A DNA stretch of 64,000 nt, taken from contig JAZLJD010000054.1 of the NCBI GenBank assembly GCA_045617725.1, positions 645-64,644 on the forward strand, read 5' to 3'. Each line of letters begins with the position of its first letter. The stretch's first letter is position 1. The notes beneath the pieces were generated by a model. That model was not told the DNA's origin. It made no database searches and saw only the letters and a program-made list of their open reading frames with translations. The stretch comes from Lachnospiraceae bacterium (GTDB lineage: Bacteria > Bacillota > Clostridia > Lachnospirales > Lachnospiraceae). Positions 27,003 through 35,021 of this stretch are shown here, in pieces. The translations under genes were made by a program, and so were the position numbers.

Positions 27003-28088
27003 ATGGAAATGAAAGAAATGAATAAACTTACAGGCTTTCAAGCAGCCTGCATCACAGCCGGCTGCGTATTGGGGGCCGGTTATGTATCCGGACAGGAGTT
27101 GTGGCAGTTCTTCGGCAGCTTTGGTGTCAAAGGAATCGCCGGGATTGTTTTTGGCATAGCCGTATATGCGGCCTTCGTTTACATGATAGCCCGCATCGCA
27201 GATCGCATCGGACGGGAGGACATGGACCTTGTGGTCGCGGGCGAGGGGCACCCCGTCCTCGTGAAAATCATCGGTGGGGTGGAGCTTTTGTTTACCTTCC
27301 TTATCATAGTCATCATGATAGCCGGAGCAGGCTCTCTGTTTGAACAGGTATTTCACTGTCCTTCTTATATAGGAAGCGTTGTACTTACCGTCCTCATTTT
27401 GCCGCCTGCGTTCTTCGGAATGGCCGGCATGAAGAAGGTATTCACCCTGCTGGTTCCGATACTGGCCGTATGCACGCTCTTAATCAGCGCACTGAGCCTT
27501 GTGAAAAACGGGACGGCGCTTCATATCCCCAAGGGGCAGGTCTTAAATCCCCTGCTTCCGAGCGCGGCACTTTCGGCGGTTACCTTTGTTTCCTATAATC
27601 TTCTGTGCAGTATCGGTGTACTGTCGCCGCTTAAAAGAACGAATAATAAGAAGAGTCTTTTGTGCGGCGTTGCCATGGGCGCCCTGTTCCTCCTGGTGAT
27701 AGCCATTTCCATTCTGCTTCCGGTACTCAACATCGAAGGAGCTACGAAAGAGGAACTTCCGATGCTTACGGTGGCCTTTTCCATGCATCCCTTAAGCGGT
27801 TATGTGTACGGCCTGCTTTTGTTTATGAGCATCTACGGTGCTTCCGTCGCAACGCTTACCGAGACCGTGACTTATTTTTTGCAAAAGAAAAAGACCTCGC
27901 GGGGCCGGGGCATCCTCCTCACATTGGGAATTGCTGCTCTGGCGCTTCTGCTCAGTCTGTTCGGTTTCTCAGATCTTATTTCGATTGTATATCCGATATT
28001 CGGTTACATCGGCTTTCTCGTTATGCTGCTGCTTGTGATTCGCTTTGTCCGCCTTCGGCGCATCGGAAGCGGCGAAGCTACTCGCTGA
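27003..28088 (+). CDS. YkvI-family polytopic membrane protein (amino-acid-permease-like, uncharacterised transporter)
   Basis: N-terminus FQAACITAGCVLGAGYVSGQELWQFFG is typical of the YkvI family, with about 10-11 TM helices. Start taken at ATG 27003 rather than the upstream TTG. Confidence 0.65.
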   Translation: MEMKEMNKLTGFQAACITAGCVLGAGYVSGQELWQFFGSFGVKGIAGIVFGIAVYAAFVYMIARIADRIGREDMDLVVAGEGHPVLVKIIGGVELLFTFLIIVIMIAGAGSLFEQVFHCPSYIGSVVLTVLILPPAFFGMAGMKKVFTLLVPILAVCTLLISALSLVKNGTALHIPKGQVLNPLLPSAALSAVTFVSYNLLCSIGVLSPLKRTNNKKSLLCGVAMGALFLLVIAISILLPVLNIEGATKEELPMLTVAFSMHPLSGYVYGLLLFMSIYGASVATLTETVTYFLQKKKTSRGRGILLTLGIAALALLLSLFGFSDLISIVYPIFGYIGFLVMLLLVIRFVRLRRIGSGEATR

Positions 28089-28767
28089 GATAGTTGTCCC
28101 CTGTAAAGAGGGCGGCCACGTAGACCTTGTAGTAGGGATGTTCGTAAGTCGCATAGACTCCAATCCCGACCGTGTCGAATATGGGGTCCATGATGATGGC
28201 AAGGTGCTCGGGCGAGTTTTTGAATCCTTCGGTGAGCGTGTCGGCGATGTATGGAAGGTTGTCGATGTCGCCGTAGTAGCTGTATCCGAGGATTTCGCCG
28301 CGGCTGTACTGCCCGGAATCGCTCAGAATATCAAGCCCACGCGTTCCGTCCGGCCTTGTATGACTGAAGGTGTGACTGATTTCTTCGGCTCTTACGGTCG
28401 CCAAAGAGGAAATCGCATCATCCATGGTAACCGATTCAAGCTCCGATTCCTGCCGCAAGTTGTTAAAGTCTTCCCATATATAAGGAACGCACTCCGTTAT
28501 GTCGATTTCGGAAACGGCCGGCGCCTGCGACGGAGACGACAGCGAGGGTATGACGGACGGTAGCTGTGGTGCGACGGACGGCAACGGCGCGACGAGGGGC
28601 GGGTTCGCCACAGGTTCTTTTTGGCCACAGGCGGGTAATGCGAGCAGAAGCAGGGCCCAAAACGACGCCGCGAGTATGAATTTTTTTGTGAAAAGTTGTG
28701 GGTTTCTCATGCACTTCAATATAGCGCGATTGTTTTTGGCAGTCAAACAAAGGAAATTTGCACTCAT
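28078..28767 (-). CDS. CAP/SCP (YkwD-like) domain lipoprotein
   Basis: Lipobox LALPACG. C-terminal CAP pattern (RAEEISHTFSHTRPDG...NSPEHLAIIMDP...VGIGVY). The true start may be ATG 28710. Confidence 0.75.
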   Translation of the reverse strand: MSANFLCLTAKNNRAILKCMRNPQLFTKKFILAASFWALLLLALPACGQKEPVANPPLVAPLPSVAPQLPSVIPSLSSPSQAPAVSEIDITECVPYIWEDFNNLRQESELESVTMDDAISSLATVRAEEISHTFSHTRPDGTRGLDILSDSGQYSRGEILGYSYYGDIDNLPYIADTLTEGFKNSPEHLAIIMDPIFDTVGIGVYATYEHPYYKVYVAALFTGDNYLSE

Positions 28768-28858
28768 TAATTAGTCGTTAATTATTGTACGCTATAATTC
28801 ACATGTAACAGTAGCAAATGAATACTGTTGAGTAATTTCTATATTAAGGAGAAAGACT

Positions 28859-30532
28859 ATGAACGAAAAGAAAGCCATTTTTTCAATGCGATCAATGCTT
28901 ATATTGTTCGCGATGCTGCCATTGGTAACAGCGCTTGTTACCTTGACCGTCATTTCTTCCATTAACACCAGTAACAAGATGGAAGAAGAAACTTTCCAGA
29001 CCTTAAAGGCCGCTTCCTTAAGCCTTGGAGAGTACTACGAGTACCAGATGCAAAAGGAAGGCGAGCTTGTGTATGACCACAGCTACGTAGATTCCCTCAA
29101 GGATACCGGTGTTGAACTTACCGTTTTCGTAGACGGAGTTCGTTACATGACTTCCATTATTAAGGAAGGCACCAGTGATCGTATCGAGGGAACTCCCGGT
29201 GCGGATAACATCGTTGCAGCCGTTGAAGGCCGTGGCGAGGATTACATGGCATCCGGCGTCAACATTAACAACATGAATTACTTCGTTTACTATTCACCGC
29301 TTCGTAATCCCGCCGGCGAGATTATCGGTATGGCATTCGCAGGAAAGACCGATGCCGCTGTTGAAGCAGCAGCAAATCAGGTTATGAAACAGAGTATCCT
29401 GGTATCCATCTTACTGGTTGTCCTTTACACGATTATTGTTTACCTGTTCTCCATCAAGGTATCCAGACCTATTACCTTAATCAGCGGTGTACTTGAGAAG
29501 ATTGCAGAAGGTGATCTTTCACCGAAGACCTTTACCGATTCCACCATCAAGGAGACCAAGTTCCTTGTTCATTCCGCAAGAAAGTTACAGGATGAACTTT
29601 CAAGAGTACTGGGTCTTACCATGAGCAGTGCCAATAAGCTGGGCGAGCTTGTAGAGACCTCCTCGGAGCTTTCCGCAAGTGCTGCAGACGAAGCGGTTCA
29701 GATTTCCACCATTATGGAAGACGTTGCCAACGGTGCTTCCTCCATGGCTGAATCCGTACAGGATCTGAATGAACTTATTATTGAAATCGACCATTGCGTA
29801 AGCGATGTTGACGATAGCGTTGACAGCCTGAGCGTATCCTCAGATGCCATGAACGAAGCCAATAAGGCTGCTGCTTCCAACTTAAGTCAGGTTAGCAAGT
29901 CTTCTGAAAGAACCGTTGAAGCAGTTAAGAATATTTCTACCCAGGTTAACGATACCAATAAGGCTATTGAGACCATTCAGGAAGCAATCACCGTTATTAC
30001 TTCCGTTGCAGACCAGACCAACCTCCTTGCTCTGAATGCTTCCATCGAAGCTGCCCGTGCAGGTGAAGCAGGTAAGGGCTTCGCAGTTGTTGCTACCGAA
30101 ATCAAGACTCTGTCCGAGCAGTCCAATGAAGGTGCTGAGCGTATCCGTGCCATCGTTTCCCAGATTGTTGACAAGTCCCATGAGTCTGTTGAACTTACCA
30201 ATGAAGTTCAGGAACTCATTGCAAAAGAGCAGGTATTCGTTCAGGAGACCAGCGAGAAGTTCGATTCCCTGAATCAGGAAATCAACAAGTCTGTTGAGAA
30301 TATTACCGCCATCAAGCAGAAGATGGTTCGCCTCGATGAGATTAAGGTTAAGGCTTCCGCCAATACCGAAGACCTCAGTGCTATTTCCGAAGAGAACGCA
30401 GCTTCCGCTCAGGAAGTATCCGCTTCCGTTGGCAATATTACTTCTTCCATCGGCAACATCAGCGCAGGTTCTCAGGAAATGAACGCGATGGCATGCGAGC
30501 TGAAGGATGCAGTTTCCTACTTCAACGTATAA
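28859..30532 (+). CDS. Methyl-accepting chemotaxis protein with a Cache-like extracellular domain
   Basis: Two TM helices flank a sensor of about 170 aa. HAMP domain. Signalling hairpin [32 protein letters not shown]. Confidence 0.9.
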   Translation: MNEKKAIFSMRSMLILFAMLPLVTALVTLTVISSINTSNKMEEETFQTLKAASLSLGEYYEYQMQKEGELVYDHSYVDSLKDTGVELTVFVDGVRYMTSIIKEGTSDRIEGTPGADNIVAAVEGRGEDYMASGVNINNMNYFVYYSPLRNPAGEIIGMAFAGKTDAAVEAAANQVMKQSILVSILLVVLYTIIVYLFSIKVSRPITLISGVLEKIAEGDLSPKTFTDSTIKETKFLVHSARKLQDELSRVLGLTMSSANKLGELVETSSELSASAADEAVQISTIMEDVANGASSMAESVQDLNELIIEIDHCVSDVDDSVDSLSVSSDAMNEANKAAASNLSQVSKSSERTVEAVKNISTQVNDTNKAIETIQEAITVITSVADQTNLLALNASIEAARAGEAGKGFAVVATEIKTLSEQSNEGAERIRAIVSQIVDKSHESVELTNEVQELIAKEQVFVQETSEKFDSLNQEINKSVENITAIKQKMVRLDEIKVKASANTEDLSAISEENAASAQEVSASVGNITSSIGNISAGSQEMNAMACELKDAVSYFNV

Positions 30533-30584
30533 GAGCTTTTGAAAGCTTAATTGTAACCCGTAAACTGAAAAATGGTTTTTTGCA

Positions 30585-30621
30585 AACACCCCGGATATTA
30601 AATTCGGGGTGTTATTTTTTT
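30585..30621 (+). terminator. Rho-independent terminator after the MCP gene
   Basis: aacaccccg / cggggtgtt stem followed by a T-run. Confidence 0.75.
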
Positions 30622-30684
30622 ATATGTTGATATAGGCCTTTACAAACAATACAAGATGTGCCACAATTACCTAAGTTAAATAAT

Positions 30685-30791
30685 TCCTTTAACCCGGTAC
30701 AGAGATGCCGGCAAGGTATTCATCGAATGGAAGTAGTAAGCGATATTCCATTGGTCTGTTCCCGCCGTGCATTTGCATGGCGTATTTTTTT
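30685..30791 (+). promoter_or_regulatory. PyrR-binding attenuator
   Basis: Binding-loop-like CCUUUAACCCGGUACAGAGAUGCCGGCAAGG, followed by the terminator cgccgtgc-attt-gcatggcg + T7 (30763-30791) just upstream of pyrR. Confidence 0.7.
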
Positions 30792-30807
30792 GCAGAAAGG
30801 AGGGGCC

Positions 30808-31344
30808 ATGGCTGAATTTAAGGCAACATTAATGGATGCTGATGCCTGCAGCAGGGCTCTCAAACGCATCGCTCATGAAATCGTAGAGAAAAATGTGGGT
30901 TGTAAGGATGTATGCCTGGTTGGAATCCATCGGCGCGGTATACCGCTGGCGCAACGCATTGCGGAATACATCGAAACGTTTGAAGGCGTGAAGGTTCCGC
31001 TCGGCAGTCTGGATATTACTTTTTATCGGGACGATCTTGCGAATGAAAGCCGGGACCCCGTGATTCATGAATCGCAGATTCCTTTCGATATTACGGACAA
31101 AACCGTCGTTCTCGTGGACGATGTTCTTTATACGGGACGCACCGCGCGGGCTGCAATGGAAGGCCTGATGCATTGCGGACGCCCTGCGGTCATTCAGCTT
31201 GCGGTCCTTGTGGACCGTGGCCATCGCGAGCTTCCCATACGCGGTGATTATGTAGGCAAGAATGTGCCTACGGCCAAAACGGAACACATAGAGGTCAAGA
31301 TGCCTCCCTACGATGACCTTGTGGCCGTGGAACTTTACGGTTAA
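30808..31344 (+). CDS. pyrR: Bifunctional pyr operon regulator/uracil phosphoribosyltransferase
   Basis: ATG 30808 preceded by aaaggagggg. PRPP motif [17 protein letters not shown]. Confidence 0.9.
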   Translation: MAEFKATLMDADACSRALKRIAHEIVEKNVGCKDVCLVGIHRRGIPLAQRIAEYIETFEGVKVPLGSLDITFYRDDLANESRDPVIHESQIPFDITDKTVVLVDDVLYTGRTARAAMEGLMHCGRPAVIQLAVLVDRGHRELPIRGDYVGKNVPTAKTEHIEVKMPPYDDLVAVELYG

Positions 31345-31407
31345 TTCGGGATGCTCCCCGTTTTAATAAATATGTACGAAACGTACAGAAAACATGGAGG
31401 AAACGTT

Positions 31408-32733
31408 ATGAAACTGGTTTACAACACCCAGGACAAGCCGTCTTTCGGCAAGCTGATTGTATTCGCAATTCAGCAGCTGCTTGCAATCATGGCAGCAACC
31501 TTAGTCGTTCCCGTAATCATCGGTAACGGCATGCAGCCTGCAGCCGCTCTTTTCGGAGCCGGCGTAGGAACCATCATTTATGTAGTATTCACTAAGTTTA
31601 AGAGCCCCGTATTTCTTGGTTCTTCCTTCGCATTCCTTGGCTCCATGGGCGCTGCTTTCGCAGGTGCCGTATCCACCGCAGCAGGTTATGCAGGATTAAT
31701 CATCGGTGCTTTCCTGGCAGGACTTGTATATGTAATAATCGCAATCGTCGTTAAAGCATTCGGCGTTGCATGGATTGACAAGATTATGCCCAAGCAGGTT
31801 ATCGGACCTACCGTAGCAATCATTGGTCTTTCCCTTGCAGGTAACGCAGTAGGCGACCTTCAGACCGGTAACGGTTCTGCTGTCGTTGACCCCAGAATCG
31901 CAATCGTTTGCGGTCTCGTAACCCTGATTGTTACCATTATCTGCTCCGTATACGGTGACAGAACCATGAAGCTGATTCCCTTCATCATCGGTATTCTTGC
32001 AGGCTACGCAGTAGCAGCAATCTTCACCCTGATTGGTGTTAGCACAAATAACGAAGCAATCATGGTTATCAACTTCAGCGTATTCGAGGATATGGGCGCC
32101 TTCACCGCTCCCGAATTCACCTTCTTAACTGCTTTGAAAGGTGTTAAGGAAGTTGACGCCAATTTCATTCTTACCCTGGTTGCAGCGTATGTCCCCGTAG
32201 CATTCGTAGTATTTGCCGAGCACATCGCAGACCACAAGAACATTTCCACCATTATTGAGAAAGACCTTCTCAAGGATCCCGGACTTCACAGAACCCTTTT
32301 GGGAGACGGTGTTGGTTCCATGGCAGGTGCATTCTTCGGCGGCTGCCCGAACACCACCTATGGTGAGTCCATTGCCTGCGTTGCAATTACCGGAAATGCT
32401 TCCGTATTCACCATTTTGACCGCAGCCATTATGGCAATTATCATTTCCTTCATCGATCCGTTCGTAACCTTCGTAAACTCCATCCCCAGCTGTGTAATGG
32501 GTGGTGTCTGCATGGCTCTCTACGGATTCATCGCAGTATCCGGTCTTAAGATGGTTCAGAAGGTTGACCTTGAGGATAACCGCAACCTCTTCGTTGTATC
32601 CGTTATCCTGATTGCCGGCATCGGCGGTCTTACCGTAAGCTTCGGTGCAGTTACCATCACTGCAGTAGCTACCGCACTGATCCTCGGTATCCTCGTTAAC
32701 CTCATCGTAGGCAACAACAAGAAGAGCGAATAG
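31408..32733 (+). CDS. pyrP: Uracil permease (NCS2 family)
   Basis: ATG 31408 preceded by ggagg. Polytopic NCS2-like sequence, positioned after pyrR. Confidence 0.85.
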   Translation: MKLVYNTQDKPSFGKLIVFAIQQLLAIMAATLVVPVIIGNGMQPAAALFGAGVGTIIYVVFTKFKSPVFLGSSFAFLGSMGAAFAGAVSTAAGYAGLIIGAFLAGLVYVIIAIVVKAFGVAWIDKIMPKQVIGPTVAIIGLSLAGNAVGDLQTGNGSAVVDPRIAIVCGLVTLIVTIICSVYGDRTMKLIPFIIGILAGYAVAAIFTLIGVSTNNEAIMVINFSVFEDMGAFTAPEFTFLTALKGVKEVDANFILTLVAAYVPVAFVVFAEHIADHKNISTIIEKDLLKDPGLHRTLLGDGVGSMAGAFFGGCPNTTYGESIACVAITGNASVFTILTAAIMAIIISFIDPFVTFVNSIPSCVMGGVCMALYGFIAVSGLKMVQKVDLEDNRNLFVVSVILIAGIGGLTVSFGAVTITAVATALILGILVNLIVGNNKKSE

Positions 32734-32770
32734 TATTCGCTGTATCGAAGAATTCTCTCTGTATGAAATA

Positions 32771-32837
32771 AAAGGCAGCCCCTTACTGTTTACCGGTTAT
32801 GGTTTAACGAAACGGTGTAGCAGGGGCTGCCTTTTTG
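32771..32837 (+). terminator. Long-loop terminator-like hairpin after pyrP
   Basis: ggcagcccct (32774-32783) pairs with aggggctgcc (32822-32831), followed by ttttt. The loop is unusually long (about 38 nt). Confidence 0.45.
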
Positions 32838-32869
32838 CGTCCCGAGCGCCGGAGCGGCGAACTGGAATT

Positions 32870-32983
32870 CTGGCGACATCGGGCGGCTGTGGGAACTGGG
32901 GGCTGGCGACATCGGGCGGCTGTAGGAGCTGTGGGGCTGGCGACATCGGGCGGCTGTAGGAACTGTGGGGCTGGCGACATCGA
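32870..32983. repeat. Tandem repeat, 33-34-bp unit, about 3.4 copies, each carrying GACATCGGG
   Basis: Units start at 32870, 32903, 32937 and 32971 (ctggcgacatcgggcggctgt[g/a]gga[a/g]ctg[t]gggg). Confidence 0.9.
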
Positions 32984-33005
32984 TAAAGCCCGATGTCGCG
33001 TTTCT

Positions 33006-33244
33006 CGATGTCAAATCCGGGGTCCAATCCGGGAAATTGCATCGATTTTTTTAGGATAGTTTCTCCGCGATGTTATTTTCTCAGAATTTCAGAGAATTTT
33101 TCATCGAGAATAGTCAGAGGTTCAAATCCCGATGTAGCGAGGACTATTTTTTATTGAAATTTCACATCGGGAATCGATGCAATTGCGGATCCCGATGTCA
33201 AATTCCCCAAATGAGCAAAAATCGCGGCATCGCTCTGATTTCCT
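33006..33244. repeat. Degenerate periodic array (about 62 bp) of the motif TCCCGATGT, inverted relative to the array at 47933
   Basis: CGATGT at 33006, 33068, 33130 and 33193 (spacing 62, 62, 63). TCCCGATGT at 33127 and 33190; ACATCGGGA at 33164. Confidence 0.6.
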
Positions 33245-33946
33245 CTATAGATTATGAAGCAGGCGATATTTCAATTCTGCCAATATCCAATCGGTTTCGT
33301 TGTCGATGTCCTGGACTTCTGTTTCATCAAGTTCAATCGTCTTCATGTGTTCCATGAAAAATTTATGAGAGAGCCGAAAAGCCTCCACATGCAGGCAGTA
33401 GAATTGGCCACTGTCGTGGTACATGGGTTCTAAATCCTGCGTGCGTGTCATCATGTATTCGGGTTGCTTCATAACAGTGTAGCCATCCTTTATGATGAAA
33501 CCGCGCTGTGGCGGGAAAGAGAATCGAACGACGGGAACAACGCTGTCGACGGGAGCTTCGTTAGTAGAATCTTCCAAGAGTGCAACTGCTTCTTTTAGGC
33601 GCTCGGCGGTAATGAAAGGCGCAGTAGGATAGATGCAGACCGCAGTATCAAAGTCGTTGCCTTGTTCTTTATAGGCATTCAGAACCTCGGATACAACATC
33701 AATCGTAGTAGCGAAATCTCCGGAATTTCCCTCGCTTCGCAAAAAAGGAACTGTAGCACCGTAGTCTTTGGCGACCGAAGCAATCTCGTCACTGTCCGTG
33801 GAAACCATGACGGTGTCGAAAAGGCCGGAGTCAAGGGCGACCTTTATGGAATAAGCAAGGATAGGCTGGCCCAGGAAAGGGCGAATGTTCTTTTTGGGGA
33901 TGCGTTTGCTGCCGCCGCGGGCAGGAATGATGGCAATTCTCTTCAT
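33245..33946 (-). CDS. CMP-nonulosonic-acid-type cytidylyltransferase (NeuA/PseF family)
   Basis: 233 aa. MKRIAIIPARGGSKRIPKKNI...ILAYSI...VSTDSDEIA...PFLRS...YPTAPF pattern. Confidence 0.75.
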   Translation of the reverse strand: MKRIAIIPARGGSKRIPKKNIRPFLGQPILAYSIKVALDSGLFDTVMVSTDSDEIASVAKDYGATVPFLRSEGNSGDFATTIDVVSEVLNAYKEQGNDFDTAVCIYPTAPFITAERLKEAVALLEDSTNEAPVDSVVPVVRFSFPPQRGFIIKDGYTVMKQPEYMMTRTQDLEPMYHDSGQFYCLHVEAFRLSHKFFMEHMKTIELDETEVQDIDNETDWILAELKYRLLHNL

Positions 33947-34024
33947 AGCGGATAGTCTCCAAACTGCCCGATGCGGGCATTTTTTATTAGTATAGGCTTT
34001 GGGCGGACAATAAGCAATCCCCGA

Positions 34025-34132
34025 GTGAGGCGGGCAGAGGAGGGGGGAGGCCGGCGAGGGTGAGGGTTGCGGGGAGGCGGCGAGGAAGAGGGGGGCGCCG
34101 GCGAGGGCGAGGGGTGAAGGGTGAAGGGGGGA
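34025..34132. repeat. G-rich low-complexity tract (many G3-G6 runs, GGCGAGG-like units) in a divergent promoter region
   Basis: gaggcgggcagaggaggggggaggccggcgagggtgagggttgcggggaggcggcgaggaagaggggggcgccggcgagggcgaggggtgaagggtgaagggggg. Confidence 0.8.
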
Positions 34133-34217
34133 TACGTGATTTACGAAATAGGGCGTAAGGGGTATAATGAAGATGGCGTGGCAAGGGCCACAGACGAAGA
34201 GAACGGGAGGTATGGCG

Positions 34218-35021
34218 ATGAGCGAGGAACGGCCTGTAATAAAGGAAGAATGTGTGGATATGGTCTATGATGGGCGGTTTGTGCGGGTCATGGATTTGAA
34301 GTATGCGAAGGGGTGTCATTATCTGGATGCGACGCGGCGTACGAAGGAGAACATCGTGGCAATTAAGAGCGACGAAGAGTTTCGTGTGATGCTGCCGGAT
34401 GCGGTTACCTGCTTCGTGATTGTGAAGATTGGCGATGAAGAACGACTGTTATTAAATTATGAATATCGATATCCGGCGGGAAGATTCCTGCTGAGTCCGG
34501 TTGCGGGACTGATTGACCCGGAGGACTACGAGGTTGCCGGTGGGGCAGGTGCGAGCACGGCTGAAAATGAGAGTGCGCAGGCGGTAGAAGATGAGAGCGT
34601 ACAGGCGGCTGAGAATGTGTGCGCGCAGGCGGCAGACAGTATGAGTTCTGCGGAATATCGGCGTGAGCAGGCGCTTTTGGGCGCTGCGAGAAGGGAAATT
34701 AAGGAGGAGACCGGTATCACGGTCAGCGAATCGGACAAGCTGTTTGTAGTGAGCGCGTTTACGTTCTCTACGCCCGGTATGACCGATGAAAGCAACGCCC
34801 TTGTCTGCGCCGTAATCACGCTACCGGATGTTTCCATACTGAATCATGACGGAGCAGTGGGCTCGGAGTGCTTTAAAGGGTTTGAACTCCTTTCGAAGGA
34901 CGAAGCCCGGAAGCTGCTCACGGCGGGCTGCGACAAAAACGGATTTTTCTATTCGCTGCACACGTATTGTGCACTTATGTACTTTGTCAATGATATGTGG
35001 AAACAGGGGGGATTGGTATGA
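34218..35021 (+). CDS. Nudix hydrolase (ADP-ribose-pyrophosphatase-like) with a low-complexity insertion in the Nudix box
   Basis: GLIDPED...[about 45-aa insert]...AARREIKEETGI. Start chosen at ATG 34218 (GGGAGG 7 nt upstream); ATG 34212 and ATG 34167 are alternatives. Confidence 0.7.
   Translation: MSEERPVIKEECVDMVYDGRFVRVMDLKYAKGCHYLDATRRTKENIVAIKSDEEFRVMLPDAVTCFVIVKIGDEERLLLNYEYRYPAGRFLLSPVAGLIDPEDYEVAGGAGASTAENESAQAVEDESVQAAENVCAQAADSMSSAEYRREQALLGAARREIKEETGITVSESDKLFVVSAFTFSTPGMTDESNALVCAVITLPDVSILNHDGAVGSECFKGFELLSKDEARKLLTAGCDKNGFFYSLHTYCALMYFVNDMWKQGGLV

Noticed and set aside
28045-28563. 172-aa + strand ORF overlapping the CAP-domain gene.
   Set aside because: It is antisense to a minus-strand gene with a lipobox and CAP motifs. 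Its translation is Gly/Arg/Val-rich with no motifs.
33987-34319. 110-aa Pro/Arg-rich minus-strand ORF.
   Set aside because: It is the translation of the complement of the G-rich tract, and it overlaps the Nudix gene start. It is low-complexity sequence only.
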